Both the position numbers and the translations under genes were made by a program. Positions 55,001 to 64,000 of a DNA stretch of 64,000 nucleotides are shown in pieces. This DNA comes from Lytechinus pictus (Eukaryota): contig NC_087250.1 in assembly GCF_037042905.1 (NCBI RefSeq), positions 5,582,001-5,646,000 on the forward strand, written 5' to 3'. Each line of letters starts with the position of its first letter. Position 1 is the stretch's first letter. The notes beneath the pieces are model-generated. The model did not search any database, had not been told where the DNA came from, and saw only the letters and a list, made by a program, of their open reading frames with translations.

Positions 55001-57916
55001 AAACATACAAGATACAATATATCGAGATCAATCAAAATGATTCCATAGGAAAGGAGTAATGAATATTGTAAAATGACAAATTAACAAAAATAACAAAATA
55101 TGTGTGGGTGCGGGTGATTCGCCTCTACGCCCAACGTCATTTTGTCCTATGAACTGAGCAAATTTGGTGATCCTGAGCAAGATTAATGTGTAACTAAATA
55201 AGTAGTGCGAACGCGAAGCGAGAGCAGAAAATTAGGTTTTAGCCTGCTTGAAAGGGGACCTGATAAAGACTGTTTGCAGTTACATAGTTCAACAATCTAA
55301 TTATGATTTTTTTTTTACCTTCTGATCTAAGTACCTTTTTGTGATCATGAACAGGATAGGTATTAGGATTGGTGCGACCGCGAAGTGCGAGCGGAAAAAT
55401 TGAGATTTAGACCTAAAAACGGGGCACTCTATTCATGCTTTGTAAATAATGAAAACTGGGCAATTGGGTATCCTCCTACACTGTAAAAAAGAATTAGTAG
55501 AAATTACTTAATAAAATTGTGGCAAAAAATTGCCTTAATTTTTTCAAGTATTTATGACTTTGGCAGTTTTAAGTAAAATTTACTTATTTTCTTTGCTTCC
55601 ATTTTACTAAAGAAAATTAAGTTACAACAACTTAATTCAATTAAGTAAAACAATCAACAAAATATTTGAAAATATCAAATGGGGGAGTGGACTTTCGTGA
55701 TTCGAAAGTCCGCTCCCCTATTGTCCCACGTTTGGTGGCATCATTTTCATTTTAGACATGTTTTATCCAAATATTAGACTTTGTGAATTGTCACTTTACC
55801 TGTACATGTATAGGTACTGACATTTATATTTATACGCGATCGTTTCATTCTTACAAATAAAACAGTGAGAATAATTTTCTGCTAAATGACTATTTAATAT
55901 TGCCTTTTCATTGATTCAACAAAAGAATACAATAGTTAGCACACCCTTATCCAAAACAATTTCAAACACAAATAGATATGACATTTATTTAAAAAAAAAA
56001 AACATTAACTTGCTCTAATGAATATTCATGCATTATTTAAATATGGCGTTAATTGAAAAATATAAGTACATTCAACATGATTTTATAAGTAACAATCATC
56101 TTTGCCTAATTGAGTTAGATTTACTCAATCAAAGCAAGCTATCAATACGTGAATTTTCTTAAATGTATATTGAACCCAAATAAATCAAGTAAATTAAAAG
56201 ACAAGTTGAAACTACTTAAAAACAACGAAAAATAATTACAAATTGTAAATTCTACTTAAATACATTAAGTGTTAACTACTGATTCAAAGATTTTTTTTTA
56301 CAGTGTACATACATAATGCTAATGTGAGCTGAACATTTTTGACATTCTGATCTGAAACTAGATAATTCAAGTACGTTTTGAAGAAAGAACAAGCTGCGTA
56401 TCTCAATAAACACGCATGTGCGTGTTTTAGATTCATACCTAGAATTTGAGCATTCTAAATAACATTTTTTTATCATGATATTCAATAATGCAAGCGCGGA
56501 GCGCGAGCTGAAACTTTTTGATATTCCGATCTGAAAAAGGGGTTAATTTAAGCACTCTTTCAAGCACTGTGTCGGAAAATTGTGAAGTGGATGTGGATTG
56601 CACTTAAATAAATCATGTAAGCGAAGCGCGTGCTGATGTTTTTTCTTTTAGTTTTACCTAGGACCGGGACATTCTAAGGACATTCGTTATCATATGAAAT
56701 CGATGAATTTCTACCTATTTCTCTTTCTAAGCGCAAGATGTGATTATGAATAGGATGCATGGGCAAATGTGTTTTCAAAAATTGAAGCGAGCGCAAATAA
56801 CGAGCAGAAATGTTTCTTTGATATCTGTCATGAAAAGGGAATTTTTAGATTCAACTGCGCATACAGTCTGTGAAATATAAAGTTCCAATCACGAATTGCT
56901 TCAGGCCCTTCTCAAGGTAACGGTCCTTGGACCAAAGTAGACTAGTATGAAGAGAATATTATACAGATGACAATTACAGTCACCTGTTCGTGAATTCATT
57001 ATCTATGCGATGAATGGCAATTCATTCATAGGTCAATGGGTGAACTATCGGCACATTTTGGTAACAAAATTGCCAAAATGTGCCGTAACAGCCCGGGGGG
57101 GGGGGGGGGGGCACTTCCATTGACGAGTGGATACCATGCGCGACCATGGGGTCTCAAAAAGCACCCTAAACACGTATTTTCCATATTCTGAAAATGCACC
57201 CCTTAACAAGTATTGACGTGTGAAACCCTACCCTTAACAAGTATTGGAAACAAAACGATACTCTTCGCAAGTAGTCCCTGAAATAAACCCCGAAACAAGT
57301 ACAGCGATATTTATTGTTATGTCACGGGTCCGCCGGTCGGCCCCACACCTTGCGCAAATCGGACTCTAAACACGTAATGTTCGGGGCAAAAAGGACATCC
57401 TTTTAATTTTGTTTTATCATCCCCGCAAATTTGACCCTAAACACGTAGCTTTCCTAGCGAAATAGATACTCTTTTTCATTATTTTTGTGGTTTTGACACT
57501 CTTTTCACGTTACGTACGTAACGTGCCCTATCTTGAAAAAGACATCCTTTTTACGTGTTTTTTGGTCGCGCATGGTATCCACCTAAGTGCCCCCCCCCCC
57601 CCCCCCCCCGGGCGTAACAGTCGCCTATGTGAACACACCGTGATCAGACACTGTTCTTCCCAGCATGGTATTACCGTTTTAAGAAATCAAGCATCAAAAA
57701 TCATAAATCTCGTATTTTGCATCGGATTTTGCTTACGTTTTCAGCGTAAGGCTTGCATGATTTGTTATTGTTGTTGTTCAAATGAACTTCTTGTTAGGAT
57801 TGAATTACCATTTGCTAAGATTAAAATGGTCCTTAAAGAGACTTACTCCATTGATCTTTGCCTGGTGCCATGAACATTTTTTCCAGTCGAAGGAGGAAGA
57901 GATAGACGTGGTCGAC
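28404..57916 (-). CDS. Multi-exon gene encoding an NLR-like NACHT NTPase fused to a C-terminal TKL-like Ser/Thr kinase (~996 aa from ATG 57849-57851; true 5' end uncertain)
   Basis: Eight exons with AG/GT boundaries and intron phases 2,1,1,1,2,0,0 join into one ORF (5+1910+171+42+172+154+108+429 = 2991 nt including TAA). NACHT and kinase motifs occur in the correct order. Confidence 0.85.
29397..29504 (-). CDS. Kinase exon (subdomains VIa-VIb, catalytic loop), absent from the ORF track
   Basis: tttgcag|GAATCT...ATATTG|gtagga; ESLRGKLTVARKVSDAIAHIHSKKCTHSDIKSDNIL. Confidence 0.93.
29525..30685 (+). mobile_element. Non-autonomous element with internal ~140-bp tandem repeats (Helentron-associated HINE/Tsp-like)
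   Basis: Subterminal inverted repeat tctcgcctgc / gcaggcga, repeats of tgacctttgacc...catgaactag, (GCC)n near the 3' end; second copy at 58082-59276. Confidence 0.7.
31570..31723 (-). CDS. Kinase exon (subdomains IV-V)
   Basis: ttttccag|A TTG GTC AAA CAT CCC...TAT CTG|gtaagc; LVKHPNIVMLYAYS...LILQLIEGSTLKDALFEENLEYL. Confidence 0.92.
33543..33745 (+). pseudogene. RecQ-like SF2 helicase N-terminal fragment inside a small TIR element
   Basis: YKDLQFDEINSALKGRDIFVNLPTGYGKNVIFNAIP resembles RecQ motifs 0/I (GRDxFVxxPTGxGKS); similarity stops after motif I. Confidence 0.75.
34227..38782. mobile_element. Non-autonomous EnSpm/CACTA-like element (CCC termini, TA TSD) with CAACGTTG subterminal arrays
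   Basis: ta|cccaggtaaca ... tgttacctggg|ta; dozens of caacgttg motifs at 34240-34810, 35240-35420 and 37390-38770; no transposase ORF. Confidence 0.85.
39119..39290 (-). CDS. Kinase N-lobe exon (subdomains I-III), absent from the ORF track
   Basis: tctttttcag|AAATC...AAATGC|gtaagt; translates EIKQIDKSEVTTLDQISRGGYGDVYEGNWNGRKVAIKRVNCVEDKMADVLVREIKINA (G-loop, VAIK, alphaC Glu). Confidence 0.93.
42757..43420 (+). repeat. Three near-identical 221-bp tandem units inside the foldback arm
   Basis: taactatgtccctttgtaaggaatagcagcc at 42757, ~42977 and 43198. Confidence 0.9.
44024..44959. mobile_element. Non-autonomous Kolobok-like element (TTAA TSD, GG...CC termini) nested in the foldback element
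   Basis: ttaa|ggacgttccacagtta ... taactgtggaacgtcc|ttaa; host sequence resumes on both sides. Confidence 0.88.
45203..46357. repeat. Direct plus inverted copies of the 18450-19290 segment, with a (TA)n expansion at ~45928-45996
   Basis: 45203-45610 matches 18450-19120 forward with deletions; 45618-46357 matches pieces of 18450-19290 in reverse complement. Confidence 0.85.
47191..47232 (-). CDS. Linker micro-exon (42 nt, phase 1-1)
   Basis: cctcttccttctgtttag|AATCTGGAG...AGAAGAG|gtaatt; reads ESGDGVGRRPIQRR. Symmetric, so the frame does not require it. Confidence 0.65.
47530..47676. mobile_element. Short MITE
   Basis: ggggtccgttgcagaaagagttg ... caactatttctgcaacgggcccc. Confidence 0.75.
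48286..48456 (-). CDS. Linker exon (171 nt, S/T/P/E-rich, phase 1-1)
   Basis: tgcag|GAAAACCC...GCAAAAG|gtcagt; translates KPCALAAKFKSPEPVTRPVIKEDTTYSFPDISPPEDATESKTTLSFSVQETSTIAK in frame with the NACHT exon. Confidence 0.8.
49036..49224. mobile_element. Short MITE
   Basis: ggggtgtttcacaaa ... tttgtgaaacacccc. Confidence 0.7.
49456..51365 (-). CDS. Large NACHT exon (pre-NACHT helix, NACHT, HD1, winged helix, HD2)
   Basis: Within 656-aa ORF 49442..51412. Walker A FFGPSGVGKTT; Walker B-position ILVILDHYTK; sensor-1-position ILVATK; HD1 ASPVLLCIMC; WHD YSFLNGPFQQRLAAKHF; HD2 LMQFSCG. Acceptor pyrimidine tract...cattag|, donor |gtgagt. Confidence 0.95.
51620..51933. mobile_element. Harbinger-like MITE with an adjacent inverted partial copy forming a ~225-bp palindrome
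   Basis: 51620-51718 is the diverged reverse complement of 51746-51845; termini ggccttttcacac ... gtgtgaaagg next to TAA. Confidence 0.65.
55479..56305. mobile_element. Non-autonomous CACTA/EnSpm-like element (CACTG termini, TA TSD)
   Basis: ta|cactgtaaaaaa ... tttttttacagtg|ta; interrupts the 55200-56830 repeat. Confidence 0.8.
57092..57612. mobile_element. Non-autonomous DNA element with CCCGGG-poly(G) TIRs and 8-bp TSD
   Basis: CGTAACAG at 57084-57091 and 57613-57620; TIR cccggg(g)n-cactt...gtggataccatgcgcgacca. Confidence 0.9.
57847..57916 (-). CDS. Putative upstream exon; contains candidate start ATG (57849-57851)
   Basis: attaaag|GTCGAC...TCAATGGA|gtaagt. GA plus the first A of the NACHT exon gives GAA (M-E-P-I-E-M-C-R), matching the required phase 2. 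All three frames are open, so support is moderate. Confidence 0.6.
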
Positions 57917-58081
57917 CTTTAATGAATAATGATAATATTTTGTATTTAAACATGGATATAAGAAAAGAGAGGGAGAAACACGCCACACTAAAAGTAATTT
58001 AAACGGAAAATATGAACTTTGGTGGAGATAAACAAAATAATCATAAGCAAGAAAACGGTATATTTTTTGTCACCTAGTTGT

Positions 58082-59276
58082 AAAAAGTGGAACGCCTCTG
58101 GCAGTCTCGCCTGCATTACGCAATTTAATATAGCAGCAGTGCTAACTTTGAAAACTACTATAAAATAATCATTCACAAAAACATCATTCATATAATGACA
58201 TAATACCACGTTCATTGACCATAAATGACATTTGAACGGAGACTTAAGACTGTCAACTACACCCATGTCCACATTTCATTCACTCTATCCATAAACTTTC
58301 AAAGTTATGATGGCACTTCAACAATTACCCCAACATGGCCTAAGTTTATTGACCTTAACTGACCTTTGACTTGGTTTTGTGACCTGAAACTCACAGGGGA
58401 TGTTCAGTGATGCTTGATTACTCTTATATCCCAAGTGTTATGAACTAGATCCATAAACTTTCACAGTTAGGATGGTAATTCAACAAATACCCCCAACATG
58501 GCCAAAGTTCATTGACCTTTAATGACCTTTGAACATGGTCATGTGACCTGAAACTCGTACAGGATGTTCAGTGATACTTGATTACTCTTATGTCCAAGTT
58601 TTATGAACTAGATCCATAAACTTTCAGAGCTAGGATGGTAATTTAACATATACCCCCAACACGGCCAAAGTTCATTGACCTTAAATGACCATTGACCATG
58701 GTCATGTGACCTGAAACTCGCACAGGATATTCAGTGGTACTTGATTAACCTAATGTCCAAGTTTCATGAACTAAATCCATAAATTTTCAAAGTTATGATA
58801 GTAATTCAACAAATACCCCCAACTTGACCAAAGTTCATTGACCCTAAATGACCTTTGACCTTAGTCACGTGACTTGAAACTGGAGCAGGATGTTCACTAA
58901 TACTTGAATAATCCTATGCCCAAGTTTCATGAACTAGGTCCATATACTTTCTAAGTTATGATGTCATTTCAAAAACTTAACCTTCGGTTAAGATTTTGTA
59001 AATAATTTTCCCAACATGGTCTAAGTTCATTGACCCTAAATGACCTCTGATCTTGATCATGTGACCTGAAACTCAGGCAGGATGTTAAGTAATACTTGAT
59101 TAATCTTATGTCTAAGTTTCATGAACTAGGTCCATATACTTTCTAAGTTATGATGTCATTTCAAAAAGTTAACCTTAGGTTAAGATTTGATGCCGCCGCC
59201 GCCGTCGCCGCCGCCGCCGCCGCCGTCGGAAAAGCGGCGCCTATAGTTTCGCTCTGCTATGCAGGCGAGACAAAAA
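58082..59276 (+). mobile_element. HINE/Tsp-like element with internal tandem repeats (more complete copy)
   Basis: gtctcgcctgcat ... atgcaggcgagac inverted repeat, several ~160-bp units, (GCC)n, terminal A-run. Confidence 0.75.
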
Positions 59277-59353
59277 CGTGATCAATCGATCATGGATAAA
59301 TAGTTATTAATCATGAAATGACAATAACACTACGTTTTATAGCGATCAATGAT

Positions 59354-60173
59354 CACTGTAAAAACTGTGGTGTTAAAACTGGCACCAGTTGGTGTTTCTG
59401 TTTCTGTTTGTTTCTGTTTGTGGTAACTCCCGTAGGAACTCAGCAGGACAGCATTTTGCTGGTAAACGCCAAGCTGGTATACAACCAATTACCTATGAAA
59501 CGTTTTACGACAGATATCACTCTCGGGCCTTTTTATCAAAGTGGAGACAATAGCAGAGTTGGGATTCGAACTCACAACCTTGCGATTATGAGTCCAATGC
59601 TCTAACAACTGGACCACACGACCCATCAACAGAGGTGTTAATAGAGGACCACATCCTGAGGTGTTAAAACTACACCCTAGAGATTGAACATAACACCAAA
59701 GAGTGTATGAACACTGATATTGCTAGTTAGCACATGAAATTTATACATGTATCATGTGTACATTTCCATTTTCATTTAAATTTACTTTATCATGTTTATG
59801 GGAGTATTTATGTCTTTTTTTTTAATGATTGACTTTTCTTTGGGTTTTGCTTTATAAGTGGTGTGTAATGCTTATTTGGTATGCTGCAGTATTTATGTTT
59901 CGGTGTTTTATATGTTTTATTATTATTCTTATCATTATTGTTATTTATTTTTGCTGCTTTTTTTTTTTGTTACATGTATATTGATTCGATGATTGTAAAC
60001 CTTTGAAAATCAATAAAACATGTAAAAAAAACACCAAAGAGTGTAAATATAACAACCAAACGTGTTGTAATAACACCTATGGGTGTAAAACTAACACCAC
60101 CAATTTAACACCGGTGTAAAACAACTGGTGTGGTCCTCTATGTACACCGATTAACACCACAGTTTTTGCTGTG
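59354..60173. mobile_element. CACTA/EnSpm-like MITE (AT TSD) carrying nested insertions
   Basis: at|cactgtaaaaactgtggtgttaa ... ttaacaccacagtttttgctgtg|at; repeated acacc motifs. Confidence 0.75.
59393..59624 (-). mobile_element. tRNA-derived SINE nested in the MITE
   Basis: Minus strand GGGTCGTGTGGTCCAGTTGTTAGAGCATTGGACTCATAATCGCAAGGTTGTGAGTTCGAATCCC (A box, B box), then body and CAAA/CAGAAA tail. Confidence 0.8.
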
Positions 60174-61438
60174 ATCAGTGAAACTTACCCTGCTACAGTA
60201 ATCAGATTCTGACTCTTTTTCTTTTTCCGAGAGATGAGAAATACAATTTTGATCATTTTCATTTAATTTGACAGAAAAAAATAACAATAAGATGATATTA
60301 GTCAGACATTATTCGTCACAAAAATTTCAGCACAATAAGCCAGTTCGGAGTTCCATTCCGCGCATGATCAGAAGAAGGTAATTCGGACAAAAAGTGACTT
60401 GGTGGTTCAATATCTAATGAGATAAGCACTAAATTTGATGTCTTTATTATTCATATATTTCGGGTTTTTTTCATTAGATCCACAAAAATAACAATGCGTC
60501 CAGTAGCGACTGGTATTTCACAGTTGGCCAAGTACATTGTCATATCAACCTGTTAATGCATTCAAAGTAAACATGCAACAAATACTTTCATAGAGTGTTC
60601 ATTGGTGTGCTATTCTAGTCACCTGGTCAATAACATTTCTGCAGCCAGCTCTTAAATTATATCTTGCTTTGAAATCTGCCTATCATAATGAAAGAAATGA
60701 AAGGTTATTCGACCATAAATGCCCATAAGGTAATACTGAAATGGTTTATTCGTAATCCCGAGTAAAATACAAAAACAAATATTCCTAGGCAGTGTATGAA
60801 TTGTTGATATTTAAGATAGCTCATCTTTTCTCTTTACAGTATTGTCCGTGAATATACAACAGATAATTCACGAGAACATTGGGGACACTGTGAGGAAACC
60901 TTAGATTTACTTACAGATCTTCAAGCGAATTGCAAGAGTGAAGCGACGATCTTTCCCCTCTGTACTACAGTTGCCCCCCCCCCCCCCAAAAAAAAAAAAA
61001 AAAAAAAAAACTAGACACTTGAAATTGCTGCCAAATAAGAAATATATCTCTTTTGGGGAAAACACTTACATATATGGAAGCCAATAAAGTCAACTTTCAA
61101 ATGACACCAAAAAGTTGGAAAACTATTCATGCTTGAGCGAGCACTGCCCACTGAAACAAAGGGTATGATCATTAGGCTGGGCCGGAATTAGCCTTTCAAT
61201 TTCTGTCATTTTTTTACAGGCAAATCCTTTGGAACTTGCAAAGTTAAGGGGGTTGTGATGAATTAATGATCAACCGTGGCCAGTTTTGGTTAAGCAAATT
61301 TCTATTAAACTGAACGTTAATGCATGAGTGAACACAAATTACACTTTTTGGGGCATCATTTCAACTACATGTATATCCTGTGGATCTCAGTAATGTGTTC
61401 ATGGGAACCGGAAAAATAGAGAGTGAGATAGGACTTAG

Positions 61439-63840
61439 TAGTCCAGGATAGGCTCCATAGAAACTTGACCAAACCTTGTTTTTTTATATATACAATATTT
61501 TTTTATGGTTTCTTGTCAATTCGAGGGTGCTGATTACGAATCTGGATGATGCCACTCTTGTAACCTTGAGCATTTTCCGCAAATTGGCAAAATCCAATAT
61601 GGCCGCCAAAATATGCAAATTACCTATGAAAATCATAAAATTGTCCGCACATTGGCTATGAAATGCATGAAATCGTGTGGCAGGAGTGAAATACTCTCTG
61701 AAAAAAAAATTGGACAAAATATTTATTTTCCTGATATTCAAAATGGCCGCCATAGGCCCTTGTATACTATATTATGTACAATATGAATAGGGAAAACTAA
61801 TTTTCACAAAAATTAGCACTAAACCGCAAAAAATCGCGATGTACGAACGAAGTAATACATGCAAATCATCATTACTAACGAGATATATCATTTATTATGT
61901 CATATATGGGGACCTTGCTGTATTTTGATATCTAAAAGCCGCCCGACTGGCCCAAAGAGTATTATGTACAATGGCAATGGCCTGGGCCCAAAAAATGACA
62001 AGAGTGATCACCAAAGTACATATTATTAAGATAAACGAGTGGAATACTGACTAAAAACATCATTGCCATTAATATACCATTTATGTGATAAATGCTGTAT
62101 TTTGACATTCAAAATGGCCGCCATAGGCCATGTACAATGCGAATGGAGAAACTAATTTTCACAAGAGTGAGAATCATAAAATGCATATAACTGTGATATA
62201 CGAGTAAAAATATTGTCTTAAACATGATTTCTAAATGAATACATCACATATTGGTCGTGGAGGTAATAAATGCTGTACTTTGAAATCCGAAATGGCTGCC
62301 ATAGGTCCTAAAAGTATTGTGTACACTGTATTTTGTACATTGTAACATGGGACATATAATTTTGACAGAATTTGGCTTTGCTTGACTTTAAATATTGCAT
62401 ATAATTGTGAATTGTGAATTGTGAAAGGGTGAAATATTGTCTAAAACCATGGTTTCTACCGAGATATATCATATCATGTGTAATTAAGTTGATAAATGCT
62501 GCATTTTAAAATTGAAAATGGCCACCATAGGCCCTTATCGTATAATATACAATTTGAGTGGAGACAAATAATGTTCACAAAAAGGGCATATGGCAGTCAT
62601 TTTGAATGTTGAAATACAGTATTTATCACCTAAATTACATAGGATATGATATCTTTTGTTATAAATCATGTTTTCAGACAATATTTCACTCATACATCAC
62701 CATTTGGACAAGCAAAGCCAAATTCTGTTGAAATAATTTGTTTCCATTCACATTGTGCATAATACCATAAGGGCCTGTAGCGGCCATTTTGACTTTCCAA
62801 TAACAGTATTTATCACCTAACTGACAGAATAAATGATATATCTTAATAGAAATTATGCTTTCAGACAATATTTTACTCATAGATCACTATTACATGCATT
62901 TATGGTGCTCACTTCTGTGAATATTGGTTTCCCACTTTGCATTGTACATGATACTGTTAATGTCTATGGCGGCCATTTTGAAAGTCAAAATACAGTATTT
63001 AACACAAACTTGAAACCTGAATGTATATTTCGTTAGAAAATATGTTTTAGACAGTATCCCATTAATTTATCACATATATATGCATTTTAGTGCTCTCTCT
63101 TGTGATTTCTTTGCTCCTCTTTCTCATTGTGCATAATACGTTTAGGGCCTTTGGCAGCCATTTTGAAAAAATCAAAATAAAACATTCATCACATACATGG
63201 CATATTAATAATATATTTCTTTAACAATTATGTTTTTAGTCAGTATTCCACTCGTTTAATCTTAATAATATGCATTTTAGTGATCACTCTTGTGAATTTT
63301 TTGGCCCCCATTGCCATTGTACGCAATAATGTTTGGGCCAGTGGCGGCTATTTTAGATATCAAAATACAGAAATGTTCCCATATATGACATAATAAATGA
63401 TATATCTCGTTGGTAATGATAATTTGCATATATTACTTCGTTCATACATTGCGATTTTTTGCACTTTAGTGCTCATTTATGTGAAAATTAGTTTTCCCTA
63501 TTCATATTGTACATAATAGAGTATACAAGGGCCTTTGGCGGCCATTTTGAATATCAGGAAAATAAATATTTTGTCAAAAATTATTTTTTCAGAGAGTATT
63601 TCACTCCTGCCACACAATTTCATGCATTTCATAGCCAATGTGTGGACAATTTTATGATTTTCATGGGTAATTTGCATATTTTGGCGGCCATATTGGATTT
63701 TGCCAATTTGCGGAAAATGCTCAAGGTTACACGAGTGGCATCATCCAGATTCGTAATCAGCACCCTCGAATTGACAAAAAACCATCAAAAAATATTGTAT
63801 ATATAAAAAAACAAGGTTATGTCTCTTCTATCCTGGACTA
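61439..63840. mobile_element. Foldback non-autonomous element with TAG...CTA termini and 4-bp TSD (Academ-like)
   Basis: ttag|tagtccaggatag ... ctatcctggacta|ttag; long inverted arms built from aaaatggccgcc-containing repeats. Confidence 0.85.
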
Positions 63841-64000
63841 TTAGTGGGAGAAGTAGGTTGAGGGAATAAGGGTAAACAGAGCATATACCCCCCCCCCCTC
63901 CCCTTCCTCTCTCCCGCCCTCCCCTCCTGTTGAAAGACTGATTGCTATTGTCATGTACGAGTCCAGAGCAGAATGCTGATTCAATGATAAATTCTGAATT

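Noticed and set aside
59550..59624. tRNA-Met(CAT) gene
   Set aside because: Acceptor and anticodon stems do not pair properly, and the sequence continues into a SINE body and simple-repeat tail.
61476..63806. Mirror-image ORFs at both ends of the Academ-like element
   Set aside because: They arise from the TIR sequence; no transposase motifs.

Overview
AT-rich, repeat-dense eukaryotic DNA with spliceosomal introns. The repeat style and NACHT type suggest an echinoderm, probably a sea urchin (inference). The window holds one intact protein-coding gene, on the minus strand (about 57916 to 28404). I assembled it by hand from 8 GT-AG exons whose phases all join: 57847-57916, 49456-51365, 48286-48456, 47191-47232, 39119-39290, 31570-31723, 29397-29504, 28404-28832. 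It encodes an NLR-type NACHT NTPase module (NACHT-HD1-WHD-HD2), an S/T/P-rich linker and a complete C-terminal TKL-like non-RD protein kinase, with no LRRs and no death-fold domain visible. It is 996 aa if the ATG at 57849-57851 is the start. This NACHT-kinase fusion is the main finding. The second is a ~180-bp SINE-like element with a 7SL (Alu-domain)-like head at 19786-19962. The rest is non-autonomous DNA transposons (Tc1/mariner-, EnSpm-, Kolobok-, Academ-, Sola3-, Harbinger- and Helentron-like, several nested), a decayed LINE, tRNA-derived SINEs, a RecQ-helicase fragment inside a TIR element, a near-perfect 4 x 1.56 kb tandem array and local duplications. All superfamily assignments rest on termini and target-site duplications (TSDs) only; no searches were run.
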